The notes beneath the pieces were generated by a model. The model saw only the letters and a list, made by a program, of their open reading frames with translations. It did no database searches and was not told where the DNA came from. DNA of 64,000 nt. Origin: Myxococcota bacterium (GTDB lineage: Bacteria > Myxococcota > XYA12-FULL-58-9 > JALHOP01). Below are positions 8,612-16,804 of this stretch, in pieces (position 1 is the stretch's first letter; every line of letters begins with the position of its first letter). The stretch is from positions 57-64,056 of the forward strand of contig JBGGMJ010000092.1 in the NCBI GenBank assembly GCA_041288095.1, in the 5' to 3' direction. The position numbers were made by a program, and so were the translations under genes.

Positions 8612-9457
8612 TTAGAACGCCGAGACGCGGAAGCTCTCGAGCGACATGCCGGCCGAGTCGAAGGCCCGCGCCAGATCACCTTCACTCGCCTTGAACAAGC
8701 GGCGGATGTTGGCGTCGCTCGACACAACGGTGGCGCTGATCTTGCGGCCGTTGGCGCTCACCTTGACGCTCGAGCCACCGAGCACATCGTCGCGCAGGTC
8801 GATCTGGAACTCGGTGAGACCCTTCGGGTCGACCTTCACGCCGCAGGCTTTGACGAGCGAAGCGATGAGCGCTTGCGGGATCTTCACGGTGCCGCCGGCG
8901 CTCTGCACCTCGGACGTCGCGGCAACCTGCTGCTGCTGCATCGGCATGCCCATCTGGCCGCCGCCCATCTGTCCGCTATCGCCTTCACTGCCACCGCCGC
9001 CCTGACGCTCCTCGTCTTCACGCGCGACGGCCGCGATATGGTCGTTGTACTTCTCGACCCTCTTGTCGCTGTCCTTCTGCGACTGCACCTGACGCTCGTG
9101 CTCGGCGCCGCGCGTGTCTTGCAGCTCCGTCTGGCGACCCTTCCCCTCCGCGCGGGTCTGCTCCTGCGACGAGGCGCTCTGCTTCAAGAGCTCGGCCTGG
9201 AGGTTACGCGATTGGATGCCGCTCTTGGCGAGGAGGTTCGATTGAGCCTGACCGCGTCGCGCCGAGTTTTGCTGCTGGCGCGCGTTGTTGTTCATGGTCT
9301 GCTGCTGCTTGACGACCTTGATGGCGGATTGCGTCTTGGCGTTGACGACGCGCGAGAAGTCCTCGCTCGACTTCTCGTTTTTGGTGCGCATGTCCTTTTC
9401 GAGGCGCTTCTGGTCCTCGTAACGTTGCGCGGCGCGTTCTTCTTCGACCCGACTCAT
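8612..9457 (-). CDS. Putative needle/hook-length regulator SctP (FliK/YscP-like T3S4 C-terminal domain)
   Basis: The N-terminal half is charged, Q/K/E-rich and low in complexity. The C-terminal part (..FQIDLRDDVLGGSSVKVSANGRKISATVVSSDANIRRLFKASEGDLARAFDSAGMSLESFRV) follows the FliK/Flg_hook pattern (L.L.P..LG.v.v.v....i.v.f.......r..l......L...l...G..l....v). The position after sctO matches fliJ-fliK order. Confidence 0.5.
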   Translation of the reverse strand: MSRVEEERAAQRYEDQKRLEKDMRTKNEKSSEDFSRVVNAKTQSAIKVVKQQQTMNNNARQQQNSARRGQAQSNLLAKSGIQSRNLQAELLKQSASSQEQTRAEGKGRQTELQDTRGAEHERQVQSQKDSDKRVEKYNDHIAAVAREDEERQGGGGSEGDSGQMGGGQMGMPMQQQQVAATSEVQSAGGTVKIPQALIASLVKACGVKVDPKGLTEFQIDLRDDVLGGSSVKVSANGRKISATVVSSDANIRRLFKASEGDLARAFDSAGMSLESFRVSAF

Positions 9458-9466
9458 CCCAACCCC

Positions 9467-9985
9467 TTACGGTGCTTCTCCGGCCAACTGCGACAGGGCA
9501 TCGCCAGTAATACGATACACCGTCCACTCGTCCATGGGTTTGGCCCCCAGGGCTTTGTAGAAACCAATGGCGGGCTCATTCCAGTCCAGGACCGACCATT
9601 CGAAGCGCCCGCAGCCCCTTTCTAGGGCTATTCGGGCCAGATGGGCCAAGAGAGCTCGGCCATAACCTTTGCCGCGGTGCGTCGGACGGACGAACAGGTC
9701 TTCGAGGTAGATGCCGCGCCGGCCGAGCCAGGTCGAGTAGTTGTGGAAGAAGAGGGCGAAGCCGACCGCCTCGGTGTTCTCCCAGGCGATGAGCACCTCG
9801 GCTTGCGGCGACGGTCCAAAGAGCGTCTGCGTGAGCGACTGCTCGGTCGCTTTCACTTGATCGGCCGCGCGCTCGTAGGTCGCGAGCTCCTTGATGAGCC
9901 CCAGGATGATCCCGACTTCACCCACGCGCGCGGGGATGATTCGGAAGTCACCGGGAAGCGGCCGGCGTCCCGAGTCGCTGCTCAC
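9467..9985 (-). CDS. GNAT family N-acetyltransferase (SSAT/SpeG-like)
   Basis: GNAT acetyl-CoA motif region ..IYLEDLFVRPTHRGKGYGRALLAHLARIA.., followed by FEWSVLDWNEPAIGFYKALGA. The GTG start overlaps the sctO stop (GTGA). Confidence 0.85.
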   Translation of the reverse strand: MSSDSGRRPLPGDFRIIPARVGEVGIILGLIKELATYERAADQVKATEQSLTQTLFGPSPQAEVLIAWENTEAVGFALFFHNYSTWLGRRGIYLEDLFVRPTHRGKGYGRALLAHLARIALERGCGRFEWSVLDWNEPAIGFYKALGAKPMDEWTVYRITGDALSQLAGEAP

Positions 9986-10476
9986 TTATCGCGTCCCAAG
10001 TAGATGGTCTGGGCGATCTCGTCCATGACGGCCTCCTCGCGCGCTTCCTGCTCCTTCTTGACCTCGGCGGCCCACTTCTCCTTGTGCTTCTCGAGCGCCT
10101 TGAGGTCCTGAGTGGCGAGCACGACCTGCTTGCGGGCGTCGTCGACCTCGTCCTTCTTCTGGGCGACGACCTGCTTCTGCCCCTCGATGGCGTTCTCTTG
10201 GGCCTCTTCCTGTTCTTTCAGGCGCTCGATGTAGACGTTGGCGCCGACGACGTCTTGGGCGGCCATCATGCCCTTCATCGACTTCTCGGCGTACTCGCGC
10301 ATCTTGGCCTCGCGCTTGGCGATCATGCGTTCGAGCTCGTCTTCCATTTCCTTCTGGCGCTTCTGCTCGGCGGCGAGCTCGGCCAGCTTCACACCCAGGA
10401 AACGCTCGGCCTCTTCCTTGCGCCGCTCGCGAAGGGTGACAAGGGCCTGAAGGCGATAGTCGGGTTTTACAGCCAT
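9982..10476 (-). CDS. Putative T3SS stalk protein SctO (FliJ/YscO-like coiled coil)
   Basis: 164-aa ORF that is entirely heptad-like and charged, of FliJ/YscO size. The C-terminal ..LKALEKHKEKWAAEVKKEQEAREEAVMDEIA is FliJ-like. It lies downstream of sctN in the flagellar fliI-fliJ-fliK order, after inserted cargo. Confidence 0.55.
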   Translation of the reverse strand: MAVKPDYRLQALVTLRERRKEEAERFLGVKLAELAAEQKRQKEMEDELERMIAKREAKMREYAEKSMKGMMAAQDVVGANVYIERLKEQEEAQENAIEGQKQVVAQKKDEVDDARKQVVLATQDLKALEKHKEKWAAEVKKEQEAREEAVMDEIAQTIYLGRDK

Positions 10477-10513
10477 GCCGAGGCACCAGTCTTACATAGG
10501 CGGCGGGCGCTGG

Positions 10514-11284
10514 CTATCGCTTACGAAGGGCCTGTAGCGCCTCTTCGAATGCCTCGCGACTGACCTCACGCGTGCCGTCACGCGGAGCCGTAATCCGAGC
10601 GAGATAGCTCATGTCGCGGACGAAAGAGGCGGTCTTCGCATCGTAGGCGAGCACGTCGAGCCCGCCATCGGCGGTGACGACCGCCTGAACCGGTCGATCC
10701 CCGACGAGAAAAAAGCCCGCCAAGCTTGCTGCTCCACTCGCGGACGAGAGGCGACGCGGTGAGGCTATGAGCTCGCGGCCGAGGAGCTCAACCGACCGTT
10801 TGTGCGTAGCCGTCAGACTCACGCTTCGGCGCATGAAGCCGGAGATCTCGCGTTCGTACTTGCGCAACAGGCGCTGCGGATCGTCGACCCCCGATGCCCC
10901 GAGCGCGCGGACGTTGCTGATGCGCTCCGCGACTTTCACCGCGAACGCGAGCTGACCCAAGCCATCGACGTCGCCCGTCCCCGATCGGTAGCGCGCGAGC
11001 TCATCGACGGCGGTCGCGATCGCGGTTCCGAAGCGCTGCTCGACGTCGTTGCGGCCGCAGGTTCTCTCATCGAGGACGTCGTGAAGGTAGGCCACGATCT
11101 GATGCTCCGGCCCGGTGAATCCGAGCTCGCGCATCGTTTTGGCGACATCGTCGAGGTGTCGCGCGTGAGGCCACGTGCCGTAGGTTCGCGCGCCGTGCGC
11201 CTGCAGCGCGAAGAGGCGCGCCGCGTCGGGTGTCGCGGCGGAGCCCGTGCGCGCCGCCTCTGTCCTCTTGATGTCGATCGGCAT
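10514..11284 (-). CDS. SpoT/Mesh1-type HD-domain hydrolase (candidate alarmone hydrolase / immunity protein)
   Basis: N-terminal half: ..FALQAHGARTYGTWPHARHLDDVAKTM..IVAYLHDVLDERTCGRNDVEQRFGTAIATAVDEL.. This matches the H..HD..D pattern and spacing of (p)ppGpp-hydrolase HD domains (..H.gQ.R..G.PY..H...VA ... LHDv.EDT......i...FG..va.lV..lt). The ATG overlaps the stop of the upstream 779-aa ORF (TGATG). Confidence 0.7.
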   Translation of the reverse strand: MPIDIKRTEAARTGSAATPDAARLFALQAHGARTYGTWPHARHLDDVAKTMRELGFTGPEHQIVAYLHDVLDERTCGRNDVEQRFGTAIATAVDELARYRSGTGDVDGLGQLAFAVKVAERISNVRALGASGVDDPQRLLRKYEREISGFMRRSVSLTATHKRSVELLGRELIASPRRLSSASGAASLAGFFLVGDRPVQAVVTADGGLDVLAYDAKTASFVRDMSYLARITAPRDGTREVSREAFEEALQALRKR

Positions 11285-13623
11285 CAGGGGGCCCTCACGT
11301 TGTATTGGCCTAGCGTGTCCGCCATGCGACGACGGTAGAGCTCGTTGAGCTGGACGAAGGCGGGATTCAGACTGCCGTCCGCGTTGCGCATCGGTGGGTA
11401 CTTGCTGGGGTTCGCGAGCGCGTCAGCATAGAGAGCCTGCGTCTGTTGGCGCAACGCCGCGATGGCATCGGCCTCCGCGGCCCTAAGCGGTCGGTTCGTT
11501 CGCACGGCCTCCCGCTCGATGTGCGAAATGGCTTCGTAGTACGAATGCTCGATCTTGCCGGCATTGAAGATGCCGCGCTGGTGCAGTTGCAGCTCGAAGA
11601 TTTGACCGCCCTCGCCACGGATCTGCAGCTTCACGTCCCGGTACCCAGACAGCTGCGGTCTGCTGAAGCGGTCGATCTGCTCGACGATGCGATCCCCGTA
11701 GCGTGCCCGGATCGTTGCGAGCGCCGCGCGCACCTGGGCTTCGGTTTCGTAGACGAGGCTGCCGCGATTCAGATCCCTGAGCGCATTCGCGTCGAGGTTC
11801 GTCTCGCCGACTGTCTTCTTCCAGGCGCGTGCCTCTCCCTTCACGCCTGGGGAGATGTGCGTGCCATTGGTGAGACGCGCGACGTCCGCGAGCTCTGCTT
11901 GCACACCGGGGTCCAAGGCTCTCGCCTCGCGCATGCGGGCGCCCAGCTCGGCGCGCGCCCGGCCAATGGGTCGGTTGTAGGTCCAACCCTCCGGCCTCGC
12001 TGGAGCGACACCCATGCGCGCGGTGTTTCCCAACCAGAAGCCCATCTGAGCGATCATCGCTAGCCGCTCTTGCGGACCGAGCTGGTTCCAGTGCGTCGCG
12101 AGACGCACACCGCTATCGCCGACCACCGCCGCATCGGCGCCAATCGCGGCGCGCTGCAGGTGCGGCGCGACCCGCGATGCCGTCGACAACACGCCGACCG
12201 TGGCCTGAGCGGTCGAGCGCACGGTCACTCCGAGCGCCGCGCCGCCGAGCATGCTCGCCCCGATGGTCAAGTAATGGAGGCGCGCCTCCGAGTTGGCGAA
12301 CGGATCGATGCTTTCGCCGTGACGAGCACGGTCGTAGAGCTGGCTCCCGGAGCGCCCCGCGAAGTAGAGCGAGGCACCACCGGCGACCACCGGTGCCGCA
12401 AGGCCGCCGGAGCCTACGAGCATGACGCCTGCCGCGGCGGTTCCTAGCACCGCGACCGCCACATCCGCGTGGTCCTGCACGTGGTCCCACGTGCTGTTCT
12501 TGATCTCCGTTGGCGCGTAGGTCGAGTCAGCCATGCGCCCTGTTTCGGGGAAGAGCAGCGTGCCACGCGGCAGCTTGTTGTTGTCGCGATAGTCCGCGAT
12601 GTCGTTGTAGACGCGGCCCTGGTGATCGACGAACCGGCTCGCTCCGGCGCTTGTCTCGACGCGAAACAGCGGCAGCCGCTGCAACCCGAGCGTTGGATTG
12701 CTATAGAATACCGGCAGCGTCGACACCCTCGCCGGCTCGCCACCGACCTCGCGGATGGCTCTCGCGACCGGCTCGATGGCGCGTTCGGCCGGGCCCCCGA
12801 AGAGAGGGTCCCTGCTCATGTCGAACTGCCTCGCCCCCTCGAGATCTCTCGGCCCCTGCGTCGGAGGGATCCCCATGGCAACGCCGATCTCGTTGCTCAA
12901 GCCGACGCCGGTCAGGGGCTGCGTCGTATCACCGCGCAGCACACGGTAAGGCGCGAGATCCGCGGCAACCGCGTCACGGAACGTCGCGGGGTCCGACGTC
13001 AAGAAGCGGTGCGTTCTCGCCAAGCCGTCCGCCGGCCGAATGCTGAGGTTCGCTACAGCGGACACTGGCGCGCCGGCACCGGTCAGCGCGGCACCGTCGA
13101 CTGTCGCGACGACCTGATCGGCGCGTAGTGGCGGGTCGGCCGGCAGCTCACGCAGCAAGCCACCGAGGGTCGGGTCATTCGCGGGCCCCGCCAATCGGCC
13201 AAGGAGCTGTGCCTGCAACTCGCGAGGCATGCGCGCGATGGTGCTGCTCATGACGGCGGCGTTACCGCGGGACATGACCAAGCGCAGCGCTTCCTGTGGG
13301 TCGCTGGGGAGATTCACCCCGGGGTCGACGTGCTGGCGAAAGGCGGCGGCCAATCTGGGATCGGATGCGAATGCTGCCTGCAGCGCCCCTCCGTCGCGCA
13401 TCTGCCGCTGCAACCCGTGCCAGTCGGCGGTGAAGTGTCGAACCCGATCTCCCTCCACCATCCGCACCACGAGCGGGTTGACCTGGGTTTGCCCAGGCGC
13501 GAACCCCGACCTCATTGTCCCGTCGCGCATGACCATCAGATCGAACGTGGCACCCGGGTGTCTCCTCGCGAGCTCCCGCACCAAGGCGCCGTCGAGCGCG
13601 CTGCCGTCCCCGACGCGTGGCAT
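11284..13623 (-). CDS. Large protein with C-terminal RelA/SpoT-like nucleotide pyrophosphokinase (toxSAS-like) domain; candidate T3SS effector/toxin
   Basis: Residues ~590-700 carry GVKGEARAWKK, LRDLNRGSLVY, SGYRDVKLQI, IFELQLHQ and IEHSYYE, in the order and spacing of RelA/SpoT synthetase motifs. Residues ~386-470 form a Gly/Ala-rich hydrophobic block. There is no cleavable signal peptide. Confidence 0.6.
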   Translation of the reverse strand: MPRVGDGSALDGALVRELARRHPGATFDLMVMRDGTMRSGFAPGQTQVNPLVVRMVEGDRVRHFTADWHGLQRQMRDGGALQAAFASDPRLAAAFRQHVDPGVNLPSDPQEALRLVMSRGNAAVMSSTIARMPRELQAQLLGRLAGPANDPTLGGLLRELPADPPLRADQVVATVDGAALTGAGAPVSAVANLSIRPADGLARTHRFLTSDPATFRDAVAADLAPYRVLRGDTTQPLTGVGLSNEIGVAMGIPPTQGPRDLEGARQFDMSRDPLFGGPAERAIEPVARAIREVGGEPARVSTLPVFYSNPTLGLQRLPLFRVETSAGASRFVDHQGRVYNDIADYRDNNKLPRGTLLFPETGRMADSTYAPTEIKNSTWDHVQDHADVAVAVLGTAAAGVMLVGSGGLAAPVVAGGASLYFAGRSGSQLYDRARHGESIDPFANSEARLHYLTIGASMLGGAALGVTVRSTAQATVGVLSTASRVAPHLQRAAIGADAAVVGDSGVRLATHWNQLGPQERLAMIAQMGFWLGNTARMGVAPARPEGWTYNRPIGRARAELGARMREARALDPGVQAELADVARLTNGTHISPGVKGEARAWKKTVGETNLDANALRDLNRGSLVYETEAQVRAALATIRARYGDRIVEQIDRFSRPQLSGYRDVKLQIRGEGGQIFELQLHQRGIFNAGKIEHSYYEAISHIEREAVRTNRPLRAAEADAIAALRQQTQALYADALANPSKYPPMRNADGSLNPAFVQLNELYRRRMADTLGQYNVRAP

Positions 13624-13644
13624 CCCGGCGGCCGTCCGCGCGAG

Positions 13645-14055
13645 CTAGTCCAGCGCTGGTCGGTGATCCGCGACGTAACGATCGAGCACCCGCGGATCAC
13701 CGGGGACGCCGATGCGTCGCAGCTCGCTCTGCCAACCAGCGCTCAGCGCCGCGGGGACGTTTGCCGGCAACTCCGTGCGAACCACCTCGGCGGGGAGCCG
13801 TGCCCAAACCGCGGCGCTCCGGGCCACTTCCACGTGGACCCGTTCGAGACGGCTTCGAACGTCGCCTGGCTCCGGTGGCGTGACGCCCGTCGAGCGGTCC
13901 TGAACAGGTACGACCGGCCTGCGATCGACCTCACCAGACCTCGGTACCGCGCTCGGAGCTTTCGCCGGGGAGTCCGCTTGCGCGGTCACTACCCGACCAT
14001 CGACCTGCACCGCGGGCAACGCTCCCGCTGATGCTGTCAGGGCTCCGGTCCCCAA
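13645..14055 (-). CDS. Hypothetical protein upstream of the toxin candidate (possible chaperone/adaptor; unsupported)
   Basis: ORF only, with its stop 21 nt before the 779-aa ORF start. No family signature was recognised. High GC makes spurious ORFs common. Confidence 0.3.
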   Translation of the reverse strand: MGTGALTASAGALPAVQVDGRVVTAQADSPAKAPSAVPRSGEVDRRPVVPVQDRSTGVTPPEPGDVRSRLERVHVEVARSAAVWARLPAEVVRTELPANVPAALSAGWQSELRRIGVPGDPRVLDRYVADHRPALD

Positions 14056-14372
14056 TCGTACTCCGTTCGGCCTCGATGCCGAAGCGCGCTGGGGCGCGCC
14101 CTAGCAGCTTATCCTGAGTGTACTTCTCCCGCGGCATCGCGCGCATCTGTTGAATTGACGGCCTCGCCCGACAGACGGTCATCGATCGGCGATACGGTGA
14201 GCCGCGGGGATCGGCCAGGGGATGGTCGGCAAACGATTAATTTCTCCGCAAATACGGTATGTTATACGGTTTTACGGGTGCGCTCGCCTGCTGACACGGC
14301 TGCGCTCCCGAAGACGCAACGCGCGTGGGTGAACAACCGAACTTCATGGCTCACTCAAGAGCGGAGAGAGCC

Positions 14373-14714
14373 ATGAACGCAGTCCACCACGTATCCCAAC
14401 CGGTCAGCGGCATCGCGGCCAGCTTGCCTGACATCGGTGCCGCGCTGCGGGCCACGGGTGTCCTCGAGCTGTCAGGCAAGAACGCGAAGTTCGCGAGCGC
14501 CAAGTGGCTGTCGGCGCCGGTGAGCGTGATCAAGTCGCTGAGCCCAGTCGACCTGGTGATTTGCAGGGCAAAAGGCTGCAAGACCCTCGGCGATCTCATG
14601 GCTCTGCGCGTCGCCTGGGTGCCGTATTTCAGCGAGTCGCCCGGTCTCAAGCTCTTGTGCGCCCAGAACGCCCTGCGCCCGGTGCTCATGACCTACGGCG
14701 CGCAGAAGGCTTAG
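14373..14714 (+). CDS. Hypothetical small protein (114 aa)
   Basis: ATG 14373 is preceded by GGAGAGAG. The gene is transcribed divergently from a lower-GC intergenic region, and its 3' end overlaps the convergent 673-aa gene by 4 nt. No family was recognised. Confidence 0.4.
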   Translation: MNAVHHVSQPVSGIAASLPDIGAALRATGVLELSGKNAKFASAKWLSAPVSVIKSLSPVDLVICRAKGCKTLGDLMALRVAWVPYFSESPGLKLLCAQNALRPVLMTYGAQKA

Positions 14715-16732
14715 CCGCGGATAATTCGTTGGTAGCGCGCCTCGAGCCTGGCGACCACGCGATCGAAAGCGCCTGCGCCGAACCTCTCGTCATAGACGGC
14801 CTGCAGCCGCGGGCGGAGCTCGCTGGGCGTGCGCTCCATCGCCCCTACGAGCTCCTGCGGGTCGGCGGCGCGCAGGGAGATGGCGTGCAACATGTCGATG
14901 ATGTCGTAAGGACCTTCGCGAGCTTCGTGCAGCAAACGCGCTCGCCAAGGGAGGTCGCGGTCGAGCGCTCCCTCCTGTGCGCTCGTGCGCATGGTAAATG
15001 CACGAGAGATTGCGGTCTCGTGCGAGATGCCGTGCAGCGAGAGGAAGAGATCAGCGAAGGTCTGGCGTTGGTCTGGCGGCACGCGGCGCAAGATCGCCGA
15101 GACCGCGGGGCCGCGCTCGTCGCCGTTACTTAGCAAGGTGCGCTGAAGGTCCTCGGCGATCGTGCCGAGATCGCGATCGGCGCTGGTGGCCATCGCGGCG
15201 TCGAGGCGTGGATCGCTCGCGCGCAACCGCGCGATGACCTCGTTGCTGCTCGCGTCGCGCAGCTGGTCGTGGCTCACTCGCCGCCCCTCGCCATAGTAGC
15301 GCTGAACGACGCGCAGCATCTCATCGGCGTCGAGCTCGCCCGCGAGGTAGAGCCGCGCTGTCGTGGCGAGGTACCCCTCGAGCCTGCCCTCGGTGAGCGC
15401 GCTGATGCGGACGGCCCACTCCTCTGGGTTGCCGCCTTCGCCCTGCGCGGCCCGGTGTGTGCGGCCATTGATCTCGGCGAGCATGTCGGGCCCGCCCAAC
15501 GCTTGAGCGTACAGATCTCGAATCTCAGCGAAGCGTTCCCCATCGACCGCGTTCTCGAGGGCCGCGAAGAGGTACGGCAGGTCGGAGCGCGAGCGCGGTG
15601 TCGAGGCGCGCCAGACCGCGAAGGCGAGGTCGGCGTCGCGTGGCTTACCTTGTGGCTGGCTTGCGTCTTCGCGCTCGACGAGGCGGATGTGCGCTTCGAA
15701 GGCGGTCAGCTCGCGCGGCGGCTGGATGCGACTGAGCTCGCTCGTCAGGCGAGGCGGGAACTCCTCGGCATACCGTACGCGATAGGAGGCGGCGAGCGCC
15801 TGTTGCTCGCGACGGTTGAGCTGGTTGAACTGGGCAAGTAGCCGGTCTCGGCGCTCGACACCTCCGAGGTTCTTCACCGCCATGAAGATCTGATCGCCGA
15901 GCGAGAAGCGGCTGTCGGGATTGCTGCGCAAGGCGCGGAAGAGCCGGCGCTCGGCGTCCGCGGAGCCGCCGGCCAGTCTGCCAAAGCGTCCCTGTAGCAT
16001 GTCCTCGAAAGCCCGCTCCGGCGTCATGGCGGCATGGCGCTGTTGCCCGGGCTGCGCCCGCTCTGGTGGCCCTCGCAAGATGCCTTCGCCGATCAGACGC
16101 TCGAGTCGCGCCTGATCGCCTTTCGACAGGCCATAGAACACCGATCGCAGGACATCGGGTCCGCCGCCGCGGCCGAACACGAACTCGGTAACCCGGTTCG
16201 CGAGAGCGTTCAGATCCGGGTTCTGTCGGAAGGCGGCAGGCGTCGACGACGGTTCGACCCGTCGCGGATCAGGACGCGGTTCGGTCTGCGCCGTCGGCCT
16301 CGCGAGCTCGAGCTGCGCCGGGACCGAACGATCGGCGTGCATGACCTCGCCGAGGGCGCGCCCCTGATTGGCGCTGAGCGCGGTGGCTTCGACGATCAGC
16401 GCCCGCACCTCGGCGTGTTGGGTCTCCGCCAAGATCCTCTGGACCTGCGCCGGCGTCGCCCCGCGCAAGAGCTCGCGGAGGTCGTCGAGCTTCTGCTTTC
16501 GATGATCGGCGCCACGCCGGGTAGCGGCACTCAACGCCTTGTCGACGTCGGTTCCGGAGACACCCTCGAGGCCGCCGCCGGGGACGAGGCGGCGGTTGGG
16601 TACCTTCTTCGGTTCCTCTTTGGTCTCGACCGTCTCGGTGGCCTGCGTTGGCTGCGCGGGCCCGCTGGTCTGCCCCGCCGGCCCGTTGATCACGGCAGGG
16701 ATTGGTCCTTGGCCAACTCGATCCAGCGACAT
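14711..16732 (-). CDS. Hypothetical 673-aa protein with annexin-repeat-like units; candidate T3SS substrate
   Basis: The N-terminus is disordered and P/Q/T-rich, with no signal peptide. Repeated helical units resemble annexin repeats (GVSGTDVDKAL..; GGVERRDRLLAQFNQLNRREQQALAASYRVRYAEEFPPRLTSELS; ERGPAVSAILRRVPPDQRQTFADLFLSLHG..; ..TPSELRPRLQAVYDERFG..). It lies immediately downstream of sctN. Confidence 0.55.
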   Translation of the reverse strand: MSLDRVGQGPIPAVINGPAGQTSGPAQPTQATETVETKEEPKKVPNRRLVPGGGLEGVSGTDVDKALSAATRRGADHRKQKLDDLRELLRGATPAQVQRILAETQHAEVRALIVEATALSANQGRALGEVMHADRSVPAQLELARPTAQTEPRPDPRRVEPSSTPAAFRQNPDLNALANRVTEFVFGRGGGPDVLRSVFYGLSKGDQARLERLIGEGILRGPPERAQPGQQRHAAMTPERAFEDMLQGRFGRLAGGSADAERRLFRALRSNPDSRFSLGDQIFMAVKNLGGVERRDRLLAQFNQLNRREQQALAASYRVRYAEEFPPRLTSELSRIQPPRELTAFEAHIRLVEREDASQPQGKPRDADLAFAVWRASTPRSRSDLPYLFAALENAVDGERFAEIRDLYAQALGGPDMLAEINGRTHRAAQGEGGNPEEWAVRISALTEGRLEGYLATTARLYLAGELDADEMLRVVQRYYGEGRRVSHDQLRDASSNEVIARLRASDPRLDAAMATSADRDLGTIAEDLQRTLLSNGDERGPAVSAILRRVPPDQRQTFADLFLSLHGISHETAISRAFTMRTSAQEGALDRDLPWRARLLHEAREGPYDIIDMLHAISLRAADPQELVGAMERTPSELRPRLQAVYDERFGAGAFDRVVARLEARYQRIIRG

Positions 16733-16804
16733 CTATTCGATTCTAACCGGCCGGGAGCGAACTGTGGAGCCTAGTCCGCCCGGCACCGCGTCAGCATTGC
16801 GGAA

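Noticed and set aside
14333-14359. ACAACC on the plus strand upstream of the 114-aa gene, considered as a promoter of the same class
   Set aside because: The hexamer 15 nt downstream is CTCAAG, not CGATAA, so only half of the motif is present.
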